This document shows, piece after piece, positions 25,205 through 36,729 of a stretch of 64,000 nt of DNA (its first letter is position 1; each line of letters begins with the position of its first letter). The DNA is from Octopus vulgaris (lineage: Eukaryota): contig OX597818.1 in NCBI GenBank assembly GCA_951406725.2, positions 29,078,001 to 29,142,000 on the forward strand. Direction: 5' to 3'. The notes beneath the pieces are model-generated. The model saw only the letters and a list, made by a program, of their open reading frames with translations. It was not told where the DNA came from and did not search any database. Both the position numbers and the translations under genes were made by a program.

Positions 25205-25953
25205 TGTATGTATGTATGTATGTATGTATGTGCGTGTGTGTGTGTATACACACACTTATGTACATACACCTATTGCATACATGTTTTTTGTATGCATACA
25301 TGTTCGTGTGTGTGTGTATGTATTGCCTGTATATTAACAAAACACTTAACAAAAGTCAATAAAAACTTACTCGTTGCTAGAAAGGGACTTAACTCTTGTT
25401 GTAAACAATAGTGGATTTCTCCGACTTGAAAATTGCTAAAAGTTTTGGTTGAAAATTTATTTTTATCACTATTTGCTGGTGCCTCTGGGAAAATAAGTTG
25501 ACGAAAATACAGCTAGGATCATGACGAATGTCCTCCTAAAATTGGAGCGACATGCATGCTAATTTGTGGATATGCATAAATTACATCCACATACACAAAC
25601 ACACACACACATACGGTCATACGCCTATTGCATACATGTTTTTTGTACGCTTACATGTTCGTGTGTGTGTGTATTTCCCTCATATCAACAAAACACTTAA
25701 CAAAAGTCTTAACAAAAACTTACTCATAGCTAGAAGGGGACTTCACACCTGTTGTAAGCAATAGTGGATTTCTCTGACTTGAAAATTGTTAATAGTTTTG
25801 GTTGAAAATTTATTTATACCACTATGCTGGTGCGTCTGAGAAAAATAAGTTAACAAAAATACAGCTAGGGTCATGATGAATGTCCTAAAATTGGAGCAAC
25901 ATGCATAAATTACATCCACGTACAAACACATCATGCCTTTTATATATATACAG
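23847..25953 (-). mobile_element. Non-autonomous Helitron-like element with nested insertions
   Basis: Minus 3' end CCTGGGAAAAGCCGGGCTACACTGCTAGT, 5' end aTCTGTATATATATAAAAGG; internal blocks shared with 2421-4569; ~360-bp block duplicated (25270-25600, 25625-25935). Confidence 0.7.
24645..24988. repeat. Long inverted repeat (~140-160-bp arms), probable PLE-type fold-back inserted at a TA run
   Basis: ATATGAATAAAAAATGGAG...GCAAAAGAACC mirrored by GGTTCTTTTGC...TTTATTCATAT, with inner hairpin CCTACGCACCGATACA/TGTATCGGTGCGTAGG. Confidence 0.9.
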
Positions 25954-26012
25954 ATAACTAATCTGGGAACTTTTTAATACCACTCCCTACCTTTTAATAT
26001 TCTCATTGTCTT

Positions 26013-26228
26013 TAAGGCAGTGAACTGGCAGACTCATTAGCACACTGAGCAAGATGTTTAGTGGCATTTTGTCTGGCTTTACATTCTCAGTTCAAATTCC
26101 ACTGAGGTTGAGACTTTGCCTTTCATCCTTTCCAGGTCAATAAAATAAGTACTAGTTGAGCACTGAGGTCAATGGGATCAACTTATCCCCTCCCCCAAAA
26201 TTCCTGGCCTTGTACCAAAATTTGAAAT
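26013..26228 (+). mobile_element. tRNA-derived SINE family B with Nin-like central domain
   Basis: GAGTTCAAATTCC-like B box followed by GACTTTGCCTTTCATCCTTTC..ATAAAATAAGTAC; second copy 27435-27640. Confidence 0.7.
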
Positions 26229-26768
26229 CAATATTTTCATTGTCTTCTTCATTGTTCTCGCCACTGTTAATTTTTGCCCAATTAAATATATTAAATAAAA
26301 TCTTTTAAATTTTAAAACTAAATGCGAATACAAATACAGATTTCACAGAAAATAAAACAAAATGGTAATCATCTGTGTTATTTAAATAAAGTTCAGGAAC
26401 CGAATATCTCTTCACATTTCAATGTCTGATTTCACATCATAAAGTAGGTGTGTGCTTCTGATTGACATGTTTCTTTTACATTTCTCTTGGGCAGATGATA
26501 TCATTATAATATTTGAGTCATTGACAGAAAGTTGATGCCTTAGGCATTACCTATGATACATGGGTGTGATTCTTATTCTCTCTGAAATATTCTCCGTACA
26601 TCTATTCACATTTAATTTTAAATTATACTTTAAAAGGAATTTTTCAATTAATCCTTTTAATTTTTATTTATTTCAAGTTGTTGTTCTTGCATTAGAAAAA
26701 TTACTCCTTTGAATAACAAGGTAGCTATTAAATGATATGTATGTGTTTTATATTTTCATTTCCTTCAG

Positions 26769-27041
26769 TTTCTCTTGGAATAATTGAGGGTGGTGCAAAA
26801 TTTCTCAGGGCGAATCAATCAGTCACTTTTGAATGTCCTTTTGGAAAGGAAAAGCTTAAACACTGGAAAATTGATGTAAACGTCGTTAACGGAACTAATA
26901 AAAGTAAAAACTTTGAAGCAAATGTGCTTCCTAACAATGTCAGAATCATAAACATCACACTTCTTCAAAATATTGAGCAAACAATTGTTTGTGAAAGCAC
27001 CACTGGTGAGAAGACAAGATTTCATGTAAGGCCATTATTCA
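26769..27041 (+). CDS. Internal coding exon encoding an Ig-like domain of a host cell-surface/secreted protein
   Basis: Polypyrimidine acceptor ttttcatttccttcag, donor A|gtaagt, 273 bp (91 codons), phase 1-1; SVTFECPF..KHWKI..TIVCES gives Ig C-W-C spacing; four N-glycosylation sequons (NQS, NGT, NKS, NIT); not repeated elsewhere in the window. Confidence 0.75.
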
Positions 27042-27434
27042 GTAAGTACAAATATAAATCATTTGTATGTATTTTCCTGTCAATATTAATCTATTATGAC
27101 CATGAAGAAAGTATATTTCTATAAATACTAACTTTGAGTTTCAGTCAATTCACAAAATGTTGTAACAAACTAATACTGCCAATAATACATTGAAAGAATG
27201 TTCATTTTAATACATGATGAAGATGATGATAATTTTTCTTCTCTGTAAGTATTTTATCCTATATATGTTGTTCTATCAGTATTTACATGTTGAAAAATAT
27301 ATCTTTCTACTTGTACTATAATACATTTCAGTGCTACAAAAACAAACTTGTTTATATATTGCTGCCAATAATATTTTAATGTTTATAATTTTCCTCGTTA
27401 TATTATTCCAGTGTTGTTGAAATAGCAATATTCT

Positions 27435-27640
27435 GGCTGAGCTGGCAGGATTGTTACTGTGCTAGGAAAAATTCTTTGCAGCATTTCTTTTGATTTTAAG
27501 TTCTGAGTTCAAATGCTGCTGGAATCAGTTTTGCCTTTAATTCTTTTGGCATCGACAAATTAAGTACCAATTGAACACTAGGGTCGATTTAATTGAGTTT
27601 ACTCCTTTGAAATTGATGGCCTTGTGCCAAAACTTGAAAT
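27435..27640 (+). mobile_element. tRNA-derived SINE family B (Nin-like), degraded
   Basis: Homologous to 26013-26228. Confidence 0.65.
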
Positions 27641-27904
27641 CAGTTTTATCACTGAGATTAAATGTTTGATTTCAGAAGAGTGACCTAGTTGCTAGCAAGT
27701 GATTCATAAATTATTCTTGGTTTGATGAAATTAACAAAATTATTAATTATTCTAAAAAGCTGAGAAGTCATCATCATCATCTTCGTATCTTAAAATGAAC
27801 ATTCTTTCAATGCATTAACTTTTTTAGTGTGTATACTGGTTGGATTTCTGATTGTCATCAGAAATGTTATTCTTGAATATGCACACACGCACATACACAC
27901 AAGT

Positions 27905-30255
27905 ATATATTATCATCATCACCATCATCATTGTCATCGTTTAGCATCAATTTTCCATGTCGGTATGAGTGAGATGGTTTGACTGGAGCTGGCATGGCCA
28001 TGAGCTGTACCAGGCTCCATTGACTTCTGTAGGTTGATAAGGTTGAGATGTTGGAGATGGTGAGGGGAAAGAGCCCCTTGCAGACAAACATTACACATCA
28101 TACTGAACATAGTAACTTCATACCTTTCTAGTCTTTGCATGCCCTCTACATTCAGGGACCATGGCTGACTATCACGTAGCATTCCTGTTTCTGCACAGGC
28201 ATCACACAACTTTCCTTTCTCTCAGAAAGAGAGACTTTTGGTTGCTACTTGAAGTAAAAGATCTCTGAACTTTCTCCATCTTATTCTAACAATTTCATTT
28301 CCTCCTCCACTGAAAATTAGGTCACCTAGCTAGCAGATATTGCCCAGTACCTTTAGAGCACCTTCTTAGGCATTTGTGAAAATCCATTTCCTGTATACTT
28401 GTAGATTTTATGACTCCTATGCATTTTCCACATACAGACACTACTTTCTCTGTTAACCTCCCTACTGTTCCACTGCACCTGTTGTGCATCCATTGCTTGC
28501 CCTGAATACACTGAAATGAATTTCTGCCTACACCATTCTTACATTCTGAGAAAAACCGTTTACCTGAAGTGAGTAGGGTCCTGTTTGTTTTCTTGTTTAC
28601 TAAGGCTTTTGTCTTTGCTAAGTTAACTTCAGGGCTCTTTGATTCCAGGCTTTGCTTCCACACCTGAAACTTTTTCTAGTTTTGTTACAGATTCTGCTAT
28701 GAGAGCAAGGTAATTTACATATAGTAGTTCTCATTGGTTTCCAGGCTTAAATTCCTCTGTTATGACCTGGAGGACAATTCTGAATAAGAGGTGGCTGAGG
28801 ACTGAGCCTTGATGTACACCTAACCCTAAAATTTATCTAAATCTATCACTGTTCTCATGACTAACCCTAATATTATTTATAGCAACCCTGTATAATACCT
28901 GTAGTGCTTTTCACAAGCCATCTATCCATCTCTAGCTTCCTGAAAGACCAGCATATTACAGAGCAGGGTGCTCTGTTGAATGCTTTCTCCAGGTCAACTA
29001 ATGCCAAGTACAACAGCTTATTCTTAGCTTAATATTACCCTTGTACTTGCCTGACTTCTTCCCATTACTGTGCCAAACTGCATTTCATCTAGCTTAATTT
29101 GTTTCTAATTAATTGGGTTATTATTCTCTCCATAACTGTTATCACTTTGTCAAGTAATTTGAGGCCTCTATAATTAATTATGTTAAATGCATTTCATTTA
29201 CTGTTTTAGTAGCTGATTATGATCCTGGTATACCAGTCATTGGGGATTATACCTTCCTGAATAACCTAATTAACTAAACAGTGTCCAGACTGTATCCTTC
29301 TTTATAGATATTTTAAGCATCTCAACAGTGACTCCTGATGAACCAAGGATTTTTCCAGTCTCTATATCTTTAATTACATTATTTTTCATACTGCTGTCTA
29401 TATGAATGGTTGGCCCCTCTGTTGGGTTCACATGATGGGGAGACTCCCTTTTTCTATTCATCCGCTACATTTAATAGCCCTTCACAGTAGCCCTTTCACA
29501 CATTTTTCTTTTCCAAATCACTAAATACTAGCATGCCATTATCTATCTGTACACATTTTATCTCACACAACATCTCAATTCTCTCTGACACACTCTTTTA
29601 CTATTTTACTTGTTTCAGTCATTTGACTGCGGCCATGATGGAGCAGTGCCTTTAGTCGAGCAAATCGACCCCAGGACGTATTCTTTGTAAGCCTAGTACT
29701 TACTCTCTCGGTCTCTTTTGCTGAACTGCAAAGTTACAGGGATGTAAACACGCCACAATTGGTTGTCAAGCGATGTGGGGGGGGGGGCAAACACAGACAC
29801 ACAAATATTTACACACACACATATATATATATATATATACGACAGGTTTCTTTCAGTTTCCGTCTACCAAATCCACTCACAACACTTTGGTCAGCCTGAT
29901 GCTATAGTAGAAGATACTTGCCCAAGGTGCCACACAGTGGCAATAAACCCGGAACCATGTGGTTGGTAAGCAAGCTACTTACCACACAGCCACTCCTGCA
30001 CCTGTGTAGCAATATGCAAAATCTCAAGTCTCTGGTCTTCATACTGTAAGATATTGGCAAACCTCTTCCTGTCTGCTTCTACCTTAGCAAGATAAATCTG
30101 GTACCTTGCTTCCTTTTCAGCTACCTAATATGATTCTTTGCTACCATCCCTTTTCCACACTTTCCAAACCCATTTCTTCTCTTTTATAGCCCTGTCGACC
30201 TGATTGTTCCACCACCATATCACCTTTGATCTGGCAAAAGCTTTGCTCCAACCAC
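27905..30255 (-). mobile_element. Old RTE-clade LINE, heavily degraded, interrupted by a SINE
   Basis: VWWWNNQVDRAIKEKK, VNPTEGP, VNLAKTKALV..CIQGKQWMHNRCSG, LERYEVTM; (CAT)n tail at ~27915. Confidence 0.8.
29593..30002 (-). mobile_element. tRNA-derived SINE family A, near full length
   Basis: Head GGTGCAGGAGTGGCTGTGTGGTAAG, central TA/CA run, tail CATGGCCGCAGTCAAATGACTGAAAC + (AGTAAAA)n. Confidence 0.88.
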
Positions 30256-31581
30256 AAATCATCATCATCATCATTTCACATCTGGGTTGGATATTTGACA
30301 GGCTGGCTTGGCAGAAGATTGCGACAGGTTTCACTAACTGTTTTGGCAGGGGTTTTATGACTGGATGCCCTTGCTAACACCAACCAACTTATAGATTGAA
30401 CTGAATGATTGGAGAAACGAAAGAAAGAGGCACTCAATGCATTTGACTAGGAATACATATGTTAGTATTTAATAACAGTTTGGTTTGACTCCAAGCAACC
30501 TAAAGTTTTGTAGGCTTGTCATATGAACCTAGCTCCTCAGACTTAGGTAATCAAATATATATTTATACATATATATATAGTTGAAAAATTTCATTATAGG
30601 TATAAATATACCAAAAACAAGTATAAAAAATGGAGAAAAATGATGTTGAATCAATATTAGATTTAATACAATATTGAATTCAATACATATGCACATTTTG
30701 AAAGACAAAAATATATGTAAGAAAAAATTATAATCATAGTAATTATAATTAAATCTATGCAGTGTCATTCTTATCAGTGTGAGGAATTTTTGGAACAACA
30801 TCAAAAAAGTTTAATAAAAGAAAAATTTTTTTAAAAATAAAAATAAAATAAAATAAGGTACAATGAGAGAGAATACAGATGGGGTAATAGGAAAAAAACG
30901 GATATTTACAAACAAGTTGTAAAAGAGAAAATTAATAATAGTGAGAGGGAAGAAAAAGAAAGACATATCAATGTGTATGCAAGTCTATATGTGCAGTAAA
31001 CTAGAACATAAAAATAAAAATCTAATGGATATGTTTAAAGAAATAATAACAGGCTGAGACAAAGTATAATATAAACAAACCCACATGTGTCTAGTAGAGT
31101 ATAACGCAACAGGTTCACTAGCAGAAAAAATCCATAGAGAATTATATGTATACATATTAATAATGGAAAACGAAAATATATATATATTACAAGAGGCTTA
31201 AACCTGAGAGACAAGACTATGTTTAAAAATGATACAATATTTATGTAAAATGGTACATACAAGCAGAGAAAAAAACAAAACAAAAAAAAACTTAACAAAG
31301 AGAAACAATGATCTCAGACAGGACAGGCCAGTGTACTCAGAAGTGTTCTCTTACTCAAAAACTAGCCCGGGTAGGGGAGACAATAAAAAAAGAATAAGCA
31401 CAAATACAAATATATGAAGGAGAAAATTATTGATTTACAAATTATAGAAAAACGTATACACTTATCACAAGGATATACAGTCATACATAGATACACACAT
31501 ACACATACATACAAGGGTGCATGTGTAAAGGAAGATACAAATAAAATAATAAAGGAGTACGTATTCACATGAGACGTATAT

Positions 31582-34545
31582 ATCATCATCATCATCATCA
31601 TCATTTAGCATTCGCTTTCCATGCTAGCATGGGTTGGAGAGTTCAACTGGGGTCTGGGAAGCCAGAAGGCTGCACCAGGCCCAGTCTGATCTGGCAATGT
31701 TTCTACAGTTGGATGCCCTTCCTAACGCCAACCACTCCGTGAGTGTAGTGGGTGCTTTTTACGTGCCACCGGCACGGGGACCAGGCGAGAAATTGGCAAT
31801 GGCCACGATCCAATGGTGCTTTTTACGTGCCACCAGCACAGGGGCCAGGCCAGGCTGGCAACGGCCACAATCGGATGGTGCTATTTATGTGCCACCGGCA
31901 CGGGGGCCAGGCGATACAGGCAACAGCCACGATCGGATGGTGCTTTTTACGTTCCACCGGCACAGAGACCCGCCGGGGCACTACTGGCAACGGCCACGTT
32001 TGGATTGTTTGCTTACGTGCCCCTGGCACTGGCATCATAGCTACAATTTCCATTGATGTTGATCGATTTCGATTTTGATTCTGATTTCCACTTGCCTCAA
32101 CAGGTCTTCACAAGTAGAGTTTTGTGTCCCAAGAAGGAAAGGTATGCATAAGTGGACTGGCTACATCCCAGATAGAGGCCATGGGTTATGGTCTCACTTG
32201 TCCTGCCAGGTCTTCTCATGCACAGCATACTTCCATAGGTCTCGGTCTCTAGTCACTTCGTCGGTGAAACATAAAGTTTGGTGGTCGTGCTTCACTACCT
32301 CGTCCCAGGTTTTCCTGGGTCTACCTCTTCCACAGGTTCCCTCAACCGCTAGGATGTGGCACATTTTCACACAACTATCTTCAGCCATTCTCGTCACATG
32401 ACCATACCAGCGCATACGTCTCTCTTGCAAACCACAGCTGATGCTTCTTAGGTCCAACTTTTCTCTCAAGGTACTTACACTCTGTCGAGTATGAACACTG
32501 ACATTACACATCCATCGGAGCATACTGGCTTCATTTCTTGCGAGCTTACACATATCCTCAGCAGTCACAGCCCATGTTTCACTACCATGTAGCATGGCTG
32601 TTCGTACACATGCATCGTATAGTCTGCCTTTTACTCTGAGCGAGAAGCCCTTTGTCACCAGCAGGGGTAAGAGCTCTCTGAACTTTGCCCAGGCTATTCT
32701 TACTCTAACAGTTACACTTTCAGCACACCCACCCCCGCTACTGACTTGGTCACCTAGGTAACGGAAGCTATCAACTATTTCTAGTTTTTCTCCCTGGAAT
32801 GTGGTGGAAGTTGGTCTCTGCACATTTTCAGTGTTTTTGCTCTTGAGCATCTGCCACATACAAAAACTATCTTCCTAGTTAGCCTTCCTTTGACATTGCT
32901 GCACCTCTTATGTGTCCATAGCTTATACTTGGTGCATCTTATAGAGTTTCTACCTACGCCTTTTCTACAGATCGAGCAGGGCCATCTGCCTGAAGGCGTT
33001 TGTGATTTGTCTACCTTCCTACTTATTAGGACTTCGGTTTAGCTAGGTTGACTCTAAGGCCCTTTGATTCTAATCCTTGCTTCCACACCTGAAACTTCTC
33101 CAGTTCTGATAGTGACTCAGCAATTAGAACAAGGTCATCAGCATAGAGGAGCTCCCAGGGGCATCCTGTCTTGAATTCCTCCATTATTGCCTGGAGGACT
33201 ATGATAAATAGGAGGGGGCTGAGGACTGAACCTTTGTGGACCCCAACCTCTACCCAGAATTCTTCACTGTACTCGTTGCCAACCCTCACCTTACTAGTAG
33301 CATCCCTGTACATGGCTCGCACAGCTCTCACTAACAATTCATCTATCCCTAGTTTCCTCATTGACCACCAGATAAGTGATGGGAGGACCCTGTCGAAGGC
33401 TTTCTCCATGTCAACAAAAGCCAGGTACAGGGGCTTGTCTTTGGCTAGGTATTTCTCCTGCAGCTGTCTTACCAGGAATATAGCATCAGTAGTACTTTTC
33501 CCTAGCACGAACCCAAACTGCACCTCATCTAAACTAACTCTCTCTAATTAGTTGGGCTATGACTCTCTCCGTAACCTTCATTACCTGATCCAATAGCTTG
33601 ATACCCCTGTTGTTATTTGTATATAGGGCGTCATCTTTAACTTTTTAGCAGTTGACTATTATGCTGCTACACCAGTCATTGGGTATGACTCCTTCGTGTA
33701 TCACCTGGCTAACTATATGGGTTACTGGGCTATAGCCGACACTGCCAGATATTTTGAGCATCTCTGCATTAAATTATGATGGGTCTGGGGCTTTCCCTCA
33801 CTTCATGCTTCTAATTGCCTTAACTACCAAGGAACTGTCAACTCGGATAGCTTGCCCCTCTGTTGGGTCGACATTCGGCAGACTCTCTTTATCCCATTCA
33901 TTTTCTTTATTCAGCAACCTTTCATAGTGGCGTCTCCAAACCTCTCTCTTTGCATCCTCATTTAGCGCAAGTGAACCATCATCCATGCGAACACATTTCT
34001 GTCCTACCACATCACGATTTTCTCTCACATTCTGTCTTGCAACACGAAATACCTCAAGTCTTTCTTCCTCATGGTGCAGAACATTGTTAAATTTTTTCTT
34101 ATCTGCTTCCCCTCTGGCTAAATACACCTGCCTTCTAGCTTCCCTTCTGGCAGTCTGATACACTTCCCTGCTACCACCGTTCTTCCAGTCCTTCCAAGCC
34201 TGTTTCTTTTGTCTAATAGCCCTGTCAACTATATTGTTCCACCACCACGTTATTTTGGGTCTTGAGAGGACTTTGCACCAACCACAGATTTGGTCAGTGG
34301 CTCTCAGCAGGTTGTCCCTTAGAGACCTCCAGTTGTCTTCTGCCCCATGTGAAGCTATATCCCCTTCTATTTCGTCAAAGGCTTCAAGTAATATGTCTCT
34401 AAATCTCTATCCATTTGTTGGATTTTTAAGCTTCCAGATCCTTCTTCTCCATGTTGGTCGTCTTGTGGTCGTCCTCTTAGTCTTGATCCTAAAGTCACTA
34501 ACTACCAGTCTATGTTGTGGGGTACATTCTTCGCCTGGGAAATTT
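31582..34545 (-). mobile_element. RTE-clade LINE, best-preserved copy (APE C-terminus, RT, long 3' UTR, (GAT)n tail)
   Basis: QFGFVLGKSTTDAIFLVRQLQEK..AFVDMEKAFDRV..GVHKGSVLSPLLF..LLYADDLV; DSFRYLG; RWYGHV; GRGRPRKTW; frameshifted. Confidence 0.95.
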
Positions 34546-34557
34546 ATATATATATAT

Positions 34558-34734
34558 AAAAACAATTGCAGTGTGGAAGGTGTTTATAAGCACAAAGTTT
34601 TGTCAGTGAACAGGTTGCAGTCTCAAAGCGACGAAAATATTTTGACAAATTAAATTTAAATGTTGAAGTGAATCTAACGGTTTTTGTGTGTTTCTTAAAT
34701 GGTTTATAAACACCTTCCACACTGCAATTGTTTT
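34558..34734. repeat. 31-bp inverted repeat enclosing a hammerhead motif
   Basis: AAAACAATTGCAGTGTGGAAGGTGTTTATAA ... TTATAAACACCTTCCACACTGCAATTGTTTT. Confidence 0.85.
34599..34649 (+). ncRNA. Type I hammerhead ribozyme motif, G3-C8 core variant
   Basis: UUUGUCA-GUGAACA-G-GUUGC-AGUCUCAAA-GCGAC-GAAA-AUAU-UU-UGACAAA; 7-bp stem I, 5-bp stem II, palindromic AUAU stem III. Confidence 0.7.
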
Positions 34735-35028
34735 CATTCCATCACATGAACTCAGATCAAGTCACTCACTATGCAAGTATATCACCGTAATATATATATA
34801 TATATAAATTAGAGAAAAGCCACTATTATGTAATTCAAACAATGATAGATGTAAATCATACCATATAGAAAAAATAAAATATATGATAAAACATTTACCA
34901 AGAACACAATAAAGTACATAATAATAAATAAACAAACAGTATATAAATAGTAAATAGACTACATATATTTTGTGGCCATATCTTCAATTTAAATTACAAT
35001 TAAATTTAAATTTAATCGAGCATTAAAT

Positions 35029-35565
35029 GTGGTTGCTTTGTGAAATAGTTTGTAATGTAAAATATTATAGTATAGGTAATGAAAAGTTTTAATTTCTTTT
35101 GTACTATTGAATTGAATAATAATAATAATAAGTACTTTCGTTATTCCCTTAATATTCGAAATATTATATCTGGACATATAAACACTAAGTTATATGTTTT
35201 AATTTAAAATTTTTTAGTTCATAAAATATCTTTGAAAAATAAGTATACATTTTATTTAAGAAATAATGGTGAAATTCATATGATTATTGATTAAAAAAAT
35301 ATGTATTTCTAATTTTATTTATTTAATTATAATTTAAAATACTTTCATTTATTTAATTATTCTTATTATAATAATTATTATATGAGAACTAAAATCTAAA
35401 AGTATTATTCGTGGTTGTTTTGTGAAATAGTTTGTAATGTAAAATATTACAGTATAGGTAGTGAAAAGTTTTTTTCTTTTTTTCTTTATATACTATTGAA
35501 TTTAATAATAATAATAAGTACTTTGTTTATTCTATCAATGAGCGAAATATTACTTCTAGACATAA
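35029..35565. repeat. ~150-bp direct repeat pair in AT-rich sequence
   Basis: GTGGTTGYTTTGTGAAATAGTTTG...GACATA at ~35029-35178 and ~35411-35564. Confidence 0.8.
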
Positions 35566-36169
35566 ATTAATTTACTTATATAATAAGTTTAAATTATTTG
35601 TGAGTATATTTTTGAAATATATACAAAATAAAATTGCAGGGTTGTGGCTGCAGCATTGTTGATATAAGATATATATAAGTGTACACATGTTTGTGTAGGG
35701 TTTAGTACATAGTTAGAATCATATCAAATTAGATGTTTATTTAATTAGTAAATAAATATATAATTTAATTAATTAATGAATATAGATTAAATTATAGTAA
35801 TTTAGCTTAAATTAAGTATATGATGTATTTCAAGTATTTTTATTTTAATTAATTGGACTCTATATATTTTTCCAGTAAAGATATAAAAAACTTGAAAGAA
35901 GATGTTAGCTGATAATTAAGGGGTCACCCACTAGCAGACCATTGATAATGAAAAGGGGAAGTCTTATCATGTAGTACTATAGTTGAATACTATAAAACAA
36001 TGTTGCTATATTGTATACAGATAAAGTTATTCAAAAGATTATTAAGAATAATATTGTAACAAAAGATAGAAATTTATGAATACTTTTGAGTATATATCAA
36101 ACTTTTACCACAATAGAGGGAGGAAAAGAAATTATATTAGAAATAGTTTAATATTTATACATATTGCAT

Positions 36170-36700
36170 ACTTAATATAGATATCTCCCCTATGTACATC
36201 ATGTTCATGTCTTTACAAGCACCTTCTATGCATCTTCTGCTGTAAACTACATTTCGAGGTCTACAGTTAATGCCAGGGTTTGAAAAGTCAGGAAACTCCG
36301 TCAGATCACAACTATGTAGGATGTACCCTTTGAGAATACCATATGCACCAATGATAACTGCATGGTAAGTAGGATTAACCCTGGTATTAACTGTAGACCT
36401 TGAAATGTAGTTTACAACATAAGATGCGCAGAAGGTGCTTGTAAAGACATGAACATGATGTACATAGGGGAGACATCTAGGAGCATTGCGGAACAACTAA
36501 ATGAACATCTGAGACAATATGATGACAAAAAACAGTCCTCCATACTCTACCAACATGCCAAAGACCACCACGGAGGCAACTTGGGTCAACTTGACATCCA
36601 CATCTTATCCAAGCACCCAAAAGACCCAACACTCAGACAAATATGGGAGTACATCCTTATAAAGGAAACCTCCCCAATACTAAATAGGAAATATACATAG
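36170..36700 (+). pseudogene. Penelope-like GIY-YIG fragment with inverted partial duplicate
   Basis: + strand NVVYNIRCAEGACKDMNMMYIGETSRSIAEQLNEH..LYQHAKDHH..LRQIWEYILIKETSPILN; 36180-36255 is an inverted copy of ~36404-36477. Confidence 0.85.
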
Positions 36701-36729
36701 TAGATATCATACCTCCATACCACAGTTTA

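Noticed and set aside
26732-27124. 130-aa single-exon ORF as listed in the track
   Set aside because: Its ends are intronic read-through; strong splice sites delimit the coding part to 26769-27041.
31751-32035. CRISPR-like repeat/spacer appearance
   Set aside because: Eukaryotic context, no cas genes, the 'spacers' are mutually homologous, and the array lies in a LINE 3' UTR.
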